Part shown: one piece after another, positions 50,529 to 64,000 of the stretch
Layout of the letters: every line of letters begins with the position of its first letter
How positions within the stretch are numbered: position 1 is the first letter of the stretch
Assembly (NCBI GenBank): GCA_050084985.1
Contig: JBITNC010000001.1
Span: forward strand, 183,706,001 to 183,770,000
From: Nageia nagi
Lineage: Eukaryota > Plantae > Pinophyta
Length of the DNA: 64,000 nucleotides
Reading direction: 5' to 3'
Position numbers and translations under genes: made by a program
The notes under the pieces: model-generated
The model's input: the letters and a program-made list of their open reading frames with translations, nothing else
Databases searched by the model: none
Told to the model about the DNA's origin: nothing

Positions 50529-53500
50529 TTATTCATTTGGTGGAGCAAACTTGATTGAAATACTGTTGACACAGTGCCTTTCATCCGTTGGTGTTGAAAA
50601 TCCCTCTCCTTTGAACACATGTCCCAAGTGGCCACCACAAGCAGCACAGGTTATTTCAATACGACGTCCATCTGGATCAGGCTATCATAGTTTCACAGTA
50701 ATCATCATTAAATGCAAGAAATGAACTCTCTCTCGCTCTCTCCCTCTCACACACACATGCACGCATACACACACAATATATATATGCAAAAGTTAACATT
50801 TGGAGATCATGGAGATATCTAGAATCATGGTGGCTAGAGATAATACATACAGTGCGATTGATAGCTCCAGGAAGACCTTCATAGAATGCTGGCCAGCCAC
50901 AACCGGAATCGAATTTGGTTGTAGATTTGTATAATGGTGTGCCACAACCGGCACATTTGTATATTCCATCTTCAAAATATTTGTTGTACTCCCCAGTTCC
51001 TGGTAACCTAGATTAAAGATACAAGAGTGACTTCTTTATTATATTCCACTTTCATGCATGTGTATATTACCTAGAACAATTAAATATCCTTTATGCAATG
51101 AAAAAATCCCTGATCATTTTCAGTAAGCACTTCAATAAGTGTGTACTCTCCAGTTCCTGGTAACCTAGATTAAAGATACAAGAGCGACTTCTTTATTATA
51201 TTCCACTTTCATGCATGTGTATATTACCTAGAACAATTAAATATCCTTTATGCAATGAAAAAATCCCTGGTCATTTTCAGTAAGCACTTCAATAAGTGTT
51301 TCGTAACCTGACAAATTCTGACGCTTTCTAATTCATCTTGCTTTAAGAGATGTGTTTTCACAAATAAACTATTGCATATAATAAATTTTTAAAGTTTGTA
51401 AAGACTGATTGCTTTGCTTAATTTAAGTATTTGGTGATATTTAAAGGAAACTTGATCCTTGATCAAAAACCTAGTTGTGTGCTGCTCCGTTTGGTACATT
51501 GTAACTTATTGATTGTAAATATGACACTTCATTGGATAAGTGGAATATAAATACCAACTTGATGTTCTCTTCTGGCAAGAAGAGAGGGATTAGCCTCCCA
51601 ACAAAAAGTCTGATCCTGTAGTATTGCCCTATGAATGTGCCAAAACCGTGCACTTGACATATAATGTAAGTATTTTGAAATCCATTCTGCTTGGGAGTTG
51701 GGAGAATGAAAACCATGTGATAGGTAATAATGAAACATAACAGAAGAGAAATGGGATAGTTACATCATGAAGCAAACTATTATATAATTTAGAAACCTAA
51801 ATTCCCTAATCTATAGTACTTTTTCCCCTAAGTCATCAGCTGAAAAATGAGCTACAGGATATTAGCATTCTGTTACGTAATACCTGAGTGTTATAAGGAT
51901 ATTAAATAACCCTTTGACACTAACAGTTAGATTTTAGAACAAACACACACAAAGGCACAAGGCTTTAAGAACTTAGCTAACCATTACACCAATATATTTT
52001 GGACAAATCATGCTTTATGCATTTCAGAGCAGCTGTTAAGATCTTAATATTATAAGTAGACATATTAACTTAACCACAAAAGTGCTGCTGATTTTAAACA
52101 GAAGCTGCTAGCAGTTTTTCAATTTATTTTTACTACAGCAATGGTCCTCCAACGATTGAATAAACAATTTAAGAATTTGTTGACACTTATTTAGCATGCA
52201 CCAAGAGCTTAAGGATTTGCATTCTTCATATAGTCCTATTTCTTCAGGCAATTATGCATGTAGTCAAAAGTACATCCTAAAGGAAAGAAGCTTTTCAAGC
52301 TGCTATGCATATCTCAATCCTTCTCTATTTTGAGATGGTATATACACATGTTGCTGATATTTTTGAAACATGTTATATGCACACCCTTGACATTAGGTGA
52401 AAGAGCATTTTCGATTTCCTTTTCCTGTTCAGAGAAGTTTACTAGGAACCGCAACTAGATCAACAGCATGCCACATGAAAACTTCACAGGAAAAACACAT
52501 TACAAAGCATGCAATATTTACTTTTTCATATTGACTGGAACAAGATCAACAACCATTTCATGTGTCTCACAATGTGTATTCATTAAGAAGAAATGCCAAG
52601 ATTTACAACAGTTTAGGGGGAATGGAAAATTAACATGACATTGTATTTTTCAAATCAGAGATCCCTACAGTTTGGATAGATCTCTAATGCAGTCAAGCAA
52701 GAAGTAGACCCCCTTTGTTTCTGATATAAATCTACTGAAATTGGATCTGTTTGGTGACCTTAAATCAATAACAAAAAAGTTGTTTTTAATGCAAGAGACA
52801 ATGTCACTCTAGATACACCTTGTAAAGATTAAGAAAATAAAGCTTTAGTTTCAATACCACATTGGAAAAAGGACATTTACAGAATGCAAAGGGAAACAGC
52901 AAGAAGATTCTGAGCAGACTGAGAAATATCCTAAGTTCTCATGGAAAATTGATATATTATGGTTGAAAGGTTGCATATACTTAGCTCCGATTCCTAAGAT
53001 CAAGCTGCAAGTCTTGAAAAAGAACCATGATTTGCAGCTTCAAGGCATGCTAGCTTCATTTACACCTAACAACATCCAACTATCGTTCTTTTCAAAAGGA
53101 ATGCCAAAAAGACACACAGATTTATGTCAAAAAAATGTGATGTTGTCCATGACTCCATAGACACAACAGCAAAACTATCCCTTTGATGCTGTGAAGATTG
53201 AATGTTCTACAACAACACAGAAAGATGTTAAATGGACTCACTGATGGTTGTCTTATCTCTGATCTTAATGACTGTATACTGTTTCAGTTGATCATTTCAC
53301 CAAGTATGCTTCTTTTAGGATATGCAGAAGACTAGTTCAATTCCCCGACTGGTAAAGGCCTATACTGATAATGTCTATAAGCCACATGAATTTCCAAATG
53401 TGATTAACTGAAATCTATTTTCACAATTAGCTTCTAGAAGGATTATGTTCATATGTCTGCTATCTCCAATTACAGATTCCTTACATTATCCTCCAACAGA

Positions 53501-54702
53501 AGGTCAATCAGTGATTGTAAATATATATTTGGTGGGATTTTTTATGGTATTTTTCCTCCAATAAGCAAAACTAGTCGCTGAAAGGCTGGAATCTAGTTGA
53601 ATGGTGGTATTGCCACATATCCTGCAAAATGACTTCAATTGATTTCTTCGAAAGGATGAAGATCAAATATTATTTGGGTGCTACAATCAAAGTGTGAATG
53701 GGAAAAGAACTTTTTGGCCCTCGCAATTTTAAAAATTGTTTTTGGCCTGACTGTAATGCTTTTACCGGTGTATCTAGTCATGAAAGATCATTTTTGGATA
53801 ATTTTAGTTAAAATTTTCAACAAAACCAAAGACAGGTACTCATGATCAGGAATCAGGAATTTTATGTAATTGTGCAAGCTACAAGCTTTATGTTCTAGAC
53901 CATTGGAGACTTTATCTTTCGCACAAGGTAATAATATTTTTGATTGAACGCTAAGTTCTCGAGTATACTAAATAGTGTATAATTGCACTCCCGAGGGAAG
54001 GTCTATTTCCATCTACAGTAATTCAACGGGAACCAATAAATCGATCATCCGGCAAACTCAACCCCGAATGAATAATCCATGGTTACAAATTTTTGGTGGA
54101 AATTTCAGCCAGGGATCCAGAAACCATTCTTGAGAGATGGAGTAGAAAAACTAACCCTTTGCCTTTCCTCCTCGTAAGCCACACACCCAGAACCCGCAAG
54201 TGATACTAACAAACGCAAAACTTTAAATTCCCTATGCAATTGATAGTTTTCTTCCTCACTATTGCCCAAATTCCCAAAAAGGGGCCTACAAAGGAAATCC
54301 CAAAACTAGAGATTGTAATGAAAACAGGAAAGACAGAGATATTGTAAATAAACTTACTCGGTGCCTTTCTGTCTGAGTATGCGAAACTGCTCTGCTGAGA
54401 GAACAGCCTGCCACCTCCTCCTCTGATTTTTGCACCGCCATTGGCTTCTGTTGGGATTGTGAACAGGCAAATGCCACACCAATTCTTCTGCTCTTGAACA
54501 GTAAGGGCAAAGAGTGTTTGATTGAAACTGTGGTGAACTTGGGATGTAATTTATAACAAGAATTTGTTGGAATGGCGACGGCTGACTTGAGATCGGTGTT
54601 GTGGGTAAATGAGATTTTGCTCGCAAGAAGAGGGAGAGCCGGATTGGATCCAGGGGTCAGAGTTGCCAAATGTAAGGTTGCTCGAGAAAAGGGTGCTGCC
54701 AT
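50529..54702 (-). pseudogene. MSRB: MSRB copy B, frameshifted as assembled. Exons 54702-54358, 51007-50851, 50681-50529
   Basis: Near-identical to copy A, but exon 1 is 345 rather than 344 nt (extra C at 54414/54415, GAG GAG GAG G TGG). It also has a duplicated exon-2 acceptor. The frameshift could be a sequencing error. Confidence 0.75.
50986..51299. repeat. 157-bp tandem duplication (50986-51142, 51143-51299) spanning the MSRB-B exon-2 acceptor
   Basis: Present once in copy A (17017-17173); TGT microhomology at the junction. Confidence 0.95.
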
Positions 54703-55182
54703 GTTTATCCCCACTAGTTCATGTAGAATTATTTGTTCACGTAGAATCCAATGACTGATAACTTGGGTGAAATTTTATTTATTTTCTTTTATAAAATTTA
54801 AGTAAGAAATAGTGGTGTGTATTATGTGAAAATTGGTGAAATATGAATTGACGGATAAAGGAGTTGGAGAGGTGGGTGGTTAAAAGCTCCTGGATACGGC
54901 AAGTTCAGGTTCAAAACTCTTCACCTTTAAAAGTTGAAACATACCTAAAATCCTATTGAGTTGATGGTAGGTGCAAATGAAGTTGGGATCGTGTCTTGGG
55001 TGGATTTTGACAGCGTGAATGCCCTTCAATCGTGGCTCTAAGCTTAAAAGTTTTTGGTGCCTAGTATCAGAGGACAAAATTCCAACAACAAAAAAAAAAC
55101 ATTAATGAAGTAACAAATCAGATTATATAAAAACTGTAATGAAATGTATACGAAAGCTCAAAAGTTAGAGATGATATTTATC

Positions 55183-58100
55183 TTTTTTTTTAATGAAAAG
55201 TTAAATTATATTAATAAAGTGATTTCATATAAAAAGGGTGGTGGACTTAACACACTCAAAAATGGTGTATCAACTAAAAAGATGGGTTAAATAAAAAACA
55301 TCAAACATTACATAATCTTGTAACATGGTCTTCAAACATAAACGTTAAAAAGGGACATTATTCATAACTGATAGAAATCACTCTGCATGATTGTGATCTA
55401 GAGGGCAAGATGAAAATTCTCCATATTGGGATCATAATGCCACCCACTCAAAGAGTACGTGGGACATTCCAACCATCATCACTAGACATTCGTATCCTCA
55501 CCATGGTGAATGTCTGGAGTTATCACAATAGCAATCCCGGTATCACCCCATCCAATTATTGGTAGAGAAGCTTTTAGGTGTATGTCTCGACTAAAAGTAT
55601 GGTAAGAGGGGCTCCCTCCGTGAGCAAAGGCATGCTTGCAAGCTGTTGAAGGCTATGACCAGTGCCTTATTTCATGCAGAACCCCAAGCCATAATTGTAA
55701 GCTCCATTGGGAGCGAGAACATGACCATTGGTAATCACAAGGTGGCGAGCCAAGAGGAACCCAATTAATAGTGCAAAATGCATTACCCAAGTGGTCCATG
55801 AGGTTCTTAAGGTGTTGAAACTCCACATTAACTTTTTCAACTTAAAAAATGATTTACAACCAACAATCATAGAAAATATAGTACTTATTAGCAAGGGAAA
55901 AAGAGAGAAGTATCTTATTGATTAAACATTTCCCTATTATGAGTTTTCCAAATATGAAACAGAGTAGTAATGCAAAAAATATTCTAAATAATACAAAGAT
56001 TATCTAAAAACTCAATGGGATCACCCAAAATTGCATACGATCAAGAGAAGGGGTTGAGCATAAAGGGTATTAAAAATGAAAGCAACCAATTGCTGAAAAT
56101 TGTAATGTAATATTGTGTAAGATTTCTCTTTAATATAAATTCACTTAATATTTAAAGTATCTTTAGATATATTAAAGCATTAAGAGAATAAATATAAAAA
56201 GAGGAATAAATATAAAAATACATTTAAGTTTACTCTTGGGTAAAAGGAAGGTTAAAGGGTGGGTTTCTTCTTATAAATAGAGAGTTACCCTTCTTATTAT
56301 GTAATTGGATGAAGCATGGTAATGTTTGTCTTATAGAGATGCTGTTGTAGAAGCTTTGCAGAAGAATTCTTAAAAATTTGTAGAAGAGTTATCTTGTAAG
56401 AAGTAATAGAATGATGGTTCAAAGTGGATATACTCTTAAAAGATGAAAGAACCACTATACATGATATATTATTTTTTATGTGATTGATTATTACTTTGCT
56501 CAAAGGATAATATTAGATTTGTTGGAGAAGCTTCAAGGTGATCTTGGTTTATGGAATCCTTCAATTCCATTAAGTGATATCAGAGTTGTTCTTATGGTAA
56601 TCTCCTCAAATTTTTACTTGATAAGTTTGAGGTAACCACTCTCCTTAAATTTAAGGTATATCTAACTTCTAAATTGGTTTCAATTCTTTATTTGAAACTT
56701 CAATAGTTAGTCTATTTCAATTTTTTATTTTGAAGTTGAAATTTGATATCTATACTAATATGTTTATGTTAGAGTAATTGGCTAAGATCTAACATTTTTA
56801 TGTTAGTAACATGTTAGTAGTATTTGAAGTTAGATTTAACATATGGTATATGGTTAGAATCTAAGATCTTGAAAAAAATCAGTGCTTCTAATTTTTTTTA
56901 CCAGGTTGCATGTAATAAAAGTTCTTTTTTAGCAAGAAAGTTAAAATATTATCTTGCTATATTAACCAAGGTTATAATTTTTTTTGTAACAAATAAAGTT
57001 ACAAAAGCTTGCAATTTTTTTTATATATAAAAAATTTGATAAAATTATATATATATCTTTAATATCTTTAATATGAGTTATTTTTAAATTTTAATATCTT
57101 TAATATGAGTTTTTTTTATTATTTTTTAAAAAGAAAATTTTTTAATAAGTTAAAAAATGAAAAGTGGACTTTCTAATTTTTTAATGAGTTAAATTTAAAT
57201 CCTAAAGTTTTTTAAAGTATGATGTAATTTTTTAATGCAATTTTTAAGTATAGATTTAAATTATTGACAATTATTTACTTTTAAGTATTGACTAAATTGT
57301 AACTTATATGTATATTTTTAAATGAGAATTTACTAAATTCTAACTTTAGTGCAAATTATTTTACAGAACTTTATTAATCATATTTTTAAGATAAAAAGAG
57401 GAATGTTACTTAAATTTTTAAGTATATGGTTTAATATTTATATCTTAATGTATGATTATTGTTATGCACATATGTGATGGATAATTTTTTCAAGCATAAT
57501 TATTCCTAAGTGAATAATATTTTTTTAAATGCATAAAGTTAGATATATACATTGTGTTGTTAATATGCATAAAATTTAATATTTAAAATGCTTAGATGAA
57601 CATAGTGTTTGAAGTGGAAATTTAGATAAAAATTTCTTTCAAACTTTGAAATGCATAATTCTTATTGATTGCATTGATTTATTTTACATAAAGATTTATT
57701 ATGTGCATTGAACTATGAATTGATATTTGTGTATATCTACACATTTATTATCAATAGTTGATATAAAAGTTTTTGAACTTTCAAAATTAATTCTGTTATG
57801 CACATTATTTGAAGTAAAAATTTATGTAAGCTTTCTTCAAATATTACTATCCTTATAGGTTGTATACACATTTTTGTTGGAATAAAATTTGTAAACTTTT
57901 TCAACATTAGAATTGTTGTGCATTAATCTTTAATTTTTTTTTATGCACTTTAATATACTTGTTAGAAAGTTGATAAACTTCACAAGATTTATTGAAGATG
58001 TTGATAATGCAATATCAATCTTGCTTTGAAAAGGAAGTGTACAATACCTTTTTGAAAGTGTACATTCCTCTTTATATTTATAAAGCTTTGTAACATGCTA

Positions 58101-60860
58101 CAATTATTGATGAAGTTACTCTTAAAGGGGAGTATTAAATTCAAGCATATTTTTTTATCAAGAAATAAATTTATTCTTAAGAAGGTTTGAAGTAATGCTT
58201 ATTTCATCTTTAAAAGGGTTGTGACTATAAGTATTAGCTTGACATATTCGTGATGACTTATAGTGCACTATTTTCCATATTTTTTTATTTTTATATTGAA
58301 AAATTATATCTATAATTATGAATTGATTACCACTTTGCTATTTGTTAGCAACTTGTAGTATATGGAGTGGCTAAAAAGTTGTCCTTCTCTATAACTACAT
58401 TCTTAGAATGGTTAAAAAGGTTCAACCTTCTTCATGATTATTAAATGTTGGAGTGTTTAAAATAGTTCATCTTTCTTCACATTACAATCTTTGATGGAAA
58501 ATTGCATCCTTGTTGGATGAATGTTATTTTTTTTTATTATATACATCTTAACTAATAGCATTGTTAAGATGACATCTTGACTCATTTTTGGTAAAGTTGA
58601 GTTTATTTATTATGGCATCTTAACTCACTTTTGATAAAATCAAGTTTATTTTATTTATGGCTTATGCTTTACCTTATAAATCTTAACTTTATGTTTGGTC
58701 AACTTAGCATTTGTAGCTCAAAAATCCAAATTTAGTGGTTTAATTAAATTATTTTTTAATTATTTATGATATGGTTAAGATAACATTATCACATAAGTGT
58801 TTATTTAGTGAAGTTATCATAAAGGAGAGAATTAAAATTATAAAATATTATGATGTGATGACACCTTCATATACCCTCAACAAATACAAAATAATAATAT
58901 AAAATAAACAAATATAAAAATCAAAAATCAAATTTTTTATAAAGATTGATGATATTTTTTATATCTTTGGTTTTATATCACTTAATTGAATATGCATTTG
59001 ATAGTGTTGTGCACATATAATATTGTTGATATCATGTTATGGTTGATACATTTTATTTAGTATGCACATGTGATATATAGTTGATGATGTATGCCATCTT
59101 TGATGTTGTGCATATATGATGACTTGATATTTTTTATTAATTTATAGATGACATATATCTTATATGAGTGTCTATGATGTATCTAATGGATCTTATTTAT
59201 GAGTTGCTTTTAGCTTGCAAGTTCTTGAGATTACAAGTTACTTCAGGTATGCAGGCTTATGGAAGCTCATTATATCAACATGTTGTTGAATGACTACTCT
59301 TATATAAAGAAACCATTTTTTGTTAATTATTGTATTGTAAAACCATTCATTAAAATGGTTAAGTAATTGAACCATTGTAGAACCATCTATATTCTATTAC
59401 TTTCTTAAATATGTAAAGAATTCTCAACTCCACTTGTATCTCTATGGAGGAGAACTCTCTTTTACTCTTTCTTTTTATCTTTTCGACTCTCTATCTAATA
59501 TTGCATTAAATAATAGTGTTGAAAATCATAATGTAATGTTGTATAATATTTTTTTTTTAATATAAATTCACTTAATGCTTAAAGTATCTTTAGATACATT
59601 AAAGCATTAAGATAATAAATATAGAAAGAGATAAATATATAAACACCTTTAACCTTACCCTTGGGTAAAAAAAAAGGTAAAAAGTGAGTTTCTTCTTATA
59701 AATAGAGAGGTACCTATCTTATTATGTAACTAGATGAAGCAAGGTAATGCTTATCTTGTAAAGATGCTCTTGTAAAAACTTTGTAAAAAAAATTATTAAG
59801 AATTTGTAGAAGACTTATCTTGTGAAAAATAATAGAATGATAGTTCAAAGTAGATATACTCCCAAGAGATGGAAGAACCACTATACATATGTATTATTTT
59901 ATGTGATTGATTATTTTATGAATGTTAGATTTGTTGAAGCTTCAAAGTGATCTTGGTTTATAGAATCCTTCAATTTCATCACCAATCTCAAGCTAATTAA
60001 GCATGTTTATAATTTCAAAAGGGGTGGAGAAAATATTCTATCTCATCATAAAAAATACATGAAGGATTCTCAAACCTAAGGTATTTGAGCCTTTTCCCTA
60101 AATAAAAACCTTAATGAATGATACTCCATGCAAAAAAAGCATGTTTAGGTTCAATGTAGGTAACCCAAGTCATCTTGAATTTGATGGACCATCTAGAACG
60201 AGATAATATTATATCCCATCTTTCATTTAAGGATGCACCTATTAAAATATTAGGAGAAAGTCAATTGTAACCCAAGGTAAGCTTTATATTGTAATAGGAG
60301 AATATTATTGGGCTATAACCAATTAGACCAATAAGGCTTCTAGTAGTGCTTTTCTAGCTTGTGCCAAATTGAGAAAGGAATTTGATCAATCACTACATTA
60401 TAAGTATCTTGACCTTTTGGTGTTAAATTGTCAAATTGCTTGAAAGTCTCCCGTGGGATCTAATCTCTAGTATGATTAGAATAGAAGTTTGAAATATGAG
60501 CAATTACTTTTTGAAAAATCTTTTAACTATAACCCATTGAATTTACCCAAGAGGTTGACCTTAGTAAGAGATGACTAGAGACCACCAAACATTGATGGTG
60601 GAAAGGGAAGCTCCTACCTAATTATTTGAATCTTTTCAAGAAAATCCATGGTTTTAAAGCTTCCCATGCTTTCTAGATACTTTTAATAATGAAAGAGTAT
60701 GTAATCACCAAAATTTCCATTAAGCAATTACCTATCAAAGTAAGGGAGATATATAAATGCCCCTAATTTTCCCTTGACTAGCTTTATGAGCTAGTAAATA
60801 GCCAAAATCCTTTACAACAAGGACAAAAAGAGAGGGAACAAGAGGGAAACCTTGCATAAA
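55183..60860 (-). mobile_element. 5'-truncated old LINE, interrupted by the LTR element at 56091-59981
   Basis: Same 3' end as 27547. LINE-like sequence resumes after 59986, with similarity to ~7900-7950. Right boundary approximate. Confidence 0.55.
56091..59981 (+). mobile_element. Old non-autonomous LTR element (LTRs 56091-56572 and 59517-59981)
   Basis: Diverged direct repeats TG...TA/CA; TSD CCAAT at 56086-56090 and 59982-59986; decayed PBS TGATATCAGAG at 56575-56585; extremely AT-rich interior with no recognisable coding sequence. Confidence 0.85.
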
Positions 60861-61494
60861 AATGATCTATAATACTCTATAAGTTATTTTATTCAAGAAT
60901 TCATCAAATAAAAATTATATTAATTAAAATTTAGAACCCAATTATGTAAGAAATATGGAATTGATGCTCTAAATTACAAAGAAATAGGGCATTAATATTC
61001 CTCTTATAGTAGAGTTCATTTACAAAATTAAATATGCGATTGTAGTAAAACTAAAAGAATTGGCTAACAATATTAAAAACATCAATCACACAAAATAACA
61101 CAATCAAATTTATATTGGTTCCTTCCAATGTGAAAGTACATCCAATTTAACATCTCCTCTTCATTATGGGGTTATATCAATATTGTGATTACAAAATTAC
61201 AAGATTATGGACAATACATTGTTCATAAACAGAAATCTCATTCTTGAACCTGCAACCTCCCTGAAATTTCCTTAAATTAGATTTTCATCTTAAAAATATG
61301 CCTCAATAATTCCATATAATTGTCAAAACTTATTCCAACCCTCAACATTGGATTCTAAACATTTTGATAAATAAATAATAAACACTACTAGATTTAGTGC
61401 ATTTCATGTCAGCATAGGTGTCAAAATATAGTGTAATTTTTGTTGACTTTTGATTTGTAATTTTATGCCATATATGATGCTAAAGGTCACGTCA

Positions 61495-61650
61495 ATAATA
61501 GAGATACATTTGGCATCATCATTAGAGACATGTAGTGTCAGTCCTAAAAACACTTGGGGTCAACCCTAGACACACTTAGTGTCAATTTAGAGATACTTGG
61601 TGTCATATTTTGCATCAAATTTAGAGGCACTTTTCATCAACTCTAGCATC
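61495..61650. repeat. Degenerate ~21-23-bp minisatellite (tagaga.acttggtgtca-like)
   Basis: About six imperfect units visible. Confidence 0.5.
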
Positions 61651-63269
61651 AGACTTAAACCTAATTATGTGTATATACATAAATTATATCCATATGTCTA
61701 TAAACCTTGTATATATATATGTATGAACCTTGTATGTATATGTGTAATTTATATCCATATATAAATAAACCCTATGCATATATAAAGGAACCTTGCATTA
61801 GAAATAAAGAATTTCATCAATTTATTATATTAATTTGTGAGCTCTTCCAACTTATCCATTTTATGCATATCATACGATATTATAGTCCATGAAACTATGT
61901 TTGCATCATCCACTAGACTTGCATGGTTACATGCAAGTAAATTAAACATATACAAAGTTTATGTTGTTAGGGTTGGTTCTCAAGTGCTTCATCAGATCAA
62001 AGAGTTTAAGGGTATCCTTGCTATAACCATGAATTACATATCATTTGATCATTATAGTCAATGAAATTATTCTTGCATCATGCATCTTATTAAACAACTC
62101 GTGCACCTTCTCTACTCTTTCATATTTTGCATACATGTCTACCAAGGCATTCACAACCATAACATTTGATAGAAATTTAGTTTTAAAGTTTCTTTGATGT
62201 ATGCATAAAGCCTATTGCAAATATCCCAATTTGGTGTGTGCTTTAAGGATGATAGAAAAGGTGAATTGATTTAGTCAGACTATTTTTGTTTGTTGCATTT
62301 GGTAAAATAGTGTTAATACATATTTAGGAGATCCATTGGGCCTGTGAAATAGTATCCACTCTTTCTTCCTCCCTTCCCTTCTCCTTTTGCACTTCCCTCC
62401 ATTTTTCTTATTCGAATTTTAATAATACTTAAAGAGAAAATTGAATAGCTAAATTCTAACTTCTTAAATGCTTATTATCCTTAAAAAAATAGGAAGTTTT
62501 CTAATTAAGTTGGGTTTGGATGATGGATATGTGTTTCTTAATGATTCATGCACTCATTATGGTTTTTGTCATTATAATGGGTTATAAACTCATGAAATTT
62601 TAGTCATTATATCACATGCTATTATGATATAAGCACAAGGTTTTAAAATATACACATGGGCCATTAGAATGTGTGCACATATGCATGGGGTATTTACATA
62701 GCATAATTATGTCGAGAGGTGTAACTATAATGGTAGCCAAGGGCTAGGAGGTGGGGAGCCAAAATATTACATCATCTATTCGATCATAAACATTTGGTCA
62801 ACTGTTTTGATTTTATTAAAATTTTAAGATAATGTTGATTATATTAATTTTAATAAATATATTTTATGTATAAAGGAAATATTTTATTTTTTTTATATTA
62901 TTTAATTTATTTTATTAAAAATAATTTATTGATTTTAAAGAATGACTTCTTAAAAACTATTAGATATAGAAATACCAACAAATGATATTTCTTGATGTTT
63001 TTTTGATATATAAAGGGTTATATCAAAGCTATTTATATATAATGAAACTTGATATATGTACAATATTTACACTATACACACATACTTTACACTATACACA
63101 TACAATTTACATATATATGCATAAAGTTTTATGCTACTATACACACGAGTTATCTACTTTAATGCTGAATATCAACCCTAACATCAAAACATCCAAAAAA
63201 TGACTAAAATCAATACATGATGTCATATTGATTCCTACTAACTCTAATGGTATCAAGAAATTTTTTTCC

Positions 63270-64000
63270 CTGCTCTGATGCATGCTCTAACACTAAATGG
63301 CATTTTGGTAGTAATGAAACTTTCTCAAATATTGGACCACCTAAGGAAAATTCATTATTTCCATCACATTGCTTGGTCTTGGCCAATCCACAATGGCTCT
63401 TATTTTTCTAAATCTATCTTGAGTTTCCCACCACCAACAATGTGGCTTAAACACACCAAATACTTCTTACTAAACTCATATTTACTCATTTTTAATAATG
63501 ATTTTTCATCAAAGTTTGAAGCACTTTTCTAATATGTATCAAATGATCTTTCCAAGTAGAACTAGTATATCATCCAAGTATACAATAAGAAAATAATCCG
63601 TAAAAAATCTAAGGACTTCGTTCATTACCCTAATAAATATGGTTAGTGCATTACACATACCAAAAGGTAAAAAAAAATCATTCAAATAAGTCTTATCTTA
63701 TTTTAAAGGTTATTTTCCAAATATCCTCCTCATTGATCCTCACTTATTGATAACCACTCCTCAAATCCATATTAGAAAAGAATCTTACCCCTAAGATCAT
63801 TTATTTGAGGTAATGGATAGTGATTCTTAATGGTGATCTTGTTCAAAACCTTATAGTCAATGCACATTCTCCATGAACCATCCTTCTTTGGTATTAAAAC
63901 AATAGGTAACCTACATGGAGACATATTAGGTATAATCGCACCCCAATTAACTAGCTCTTGAATCTTATTTTTGATGGAATTGAAGGATTTTATAACCAAG
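63270..64000 (-). mobile_element. Ty3/gypsy reverse-transcriptase fragment, degenerate, running off the window edge
   Basis: [58 protein letters not shown]. Confidence 0.9.

Larger units (their letters stand above)
44015..56322. repeat. Segmental duplication copy B (probable donor)
   Basis: Direct-orientation match to 9967-28688. The LTR at its right end continues past the boundary, whereas in A it is truncated. Confidence 0.97.

Noticed and set aside
54354-54626. Alternative-frame ORF that would bypass the MSRB-B frameshift (MRAKSH...WQAVLS)
   Set aside because: It starts at TTG, not ATG, and the same off-frame stretch exists in copy A; nothing indicates it is used.

Overview
AT-rich, CpG-depleted land-plant nuclear DNA. 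A large, heavily methylated, gymnosperm-like genome is my inference, not an identification. The window holds two copies of a 3-exon plastid-type 2-Cys methionine-R-sulfoxide reductase gene (MSRB, minus strand) inside a ~12.2-kb duplication (A 9967-28688, B 44015-56322). Copy A sits inside a single L1-type LINE, splitting it into two halves still bracketed by a 17-bp TSD. Copy A intron 1 carries an intact, very young Ty1/copia element (19314-25797) with identical 256-bp TG..TA LTRs and TSD CTAGA; the empty site is visible in copy B. The best candidate for an undescribed system is this copia. Upstream of gag it has an extra intact acidic ORF with two tandem SUMO-interacting-motif-like repeats, a leader with eight same-strand ACGTG motifs, and LTRs free of CG sites; these could form an anti-silencing or stress-activation module (inference). 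Copy B has a +1 frameshift and a 157-bp duplication of the exon-2 acceptor; copy A has a normally conserved Arg changed to Tyr. Also present: a decayed DD35D pogo-type transposase, two solo LTRs, an old non-coding LTR element, LINE and gypsy fragments, patchwork PPR-DYW pseudogenes and microsatellites. All comparisons were by eye, so mismatch counts are approximate.
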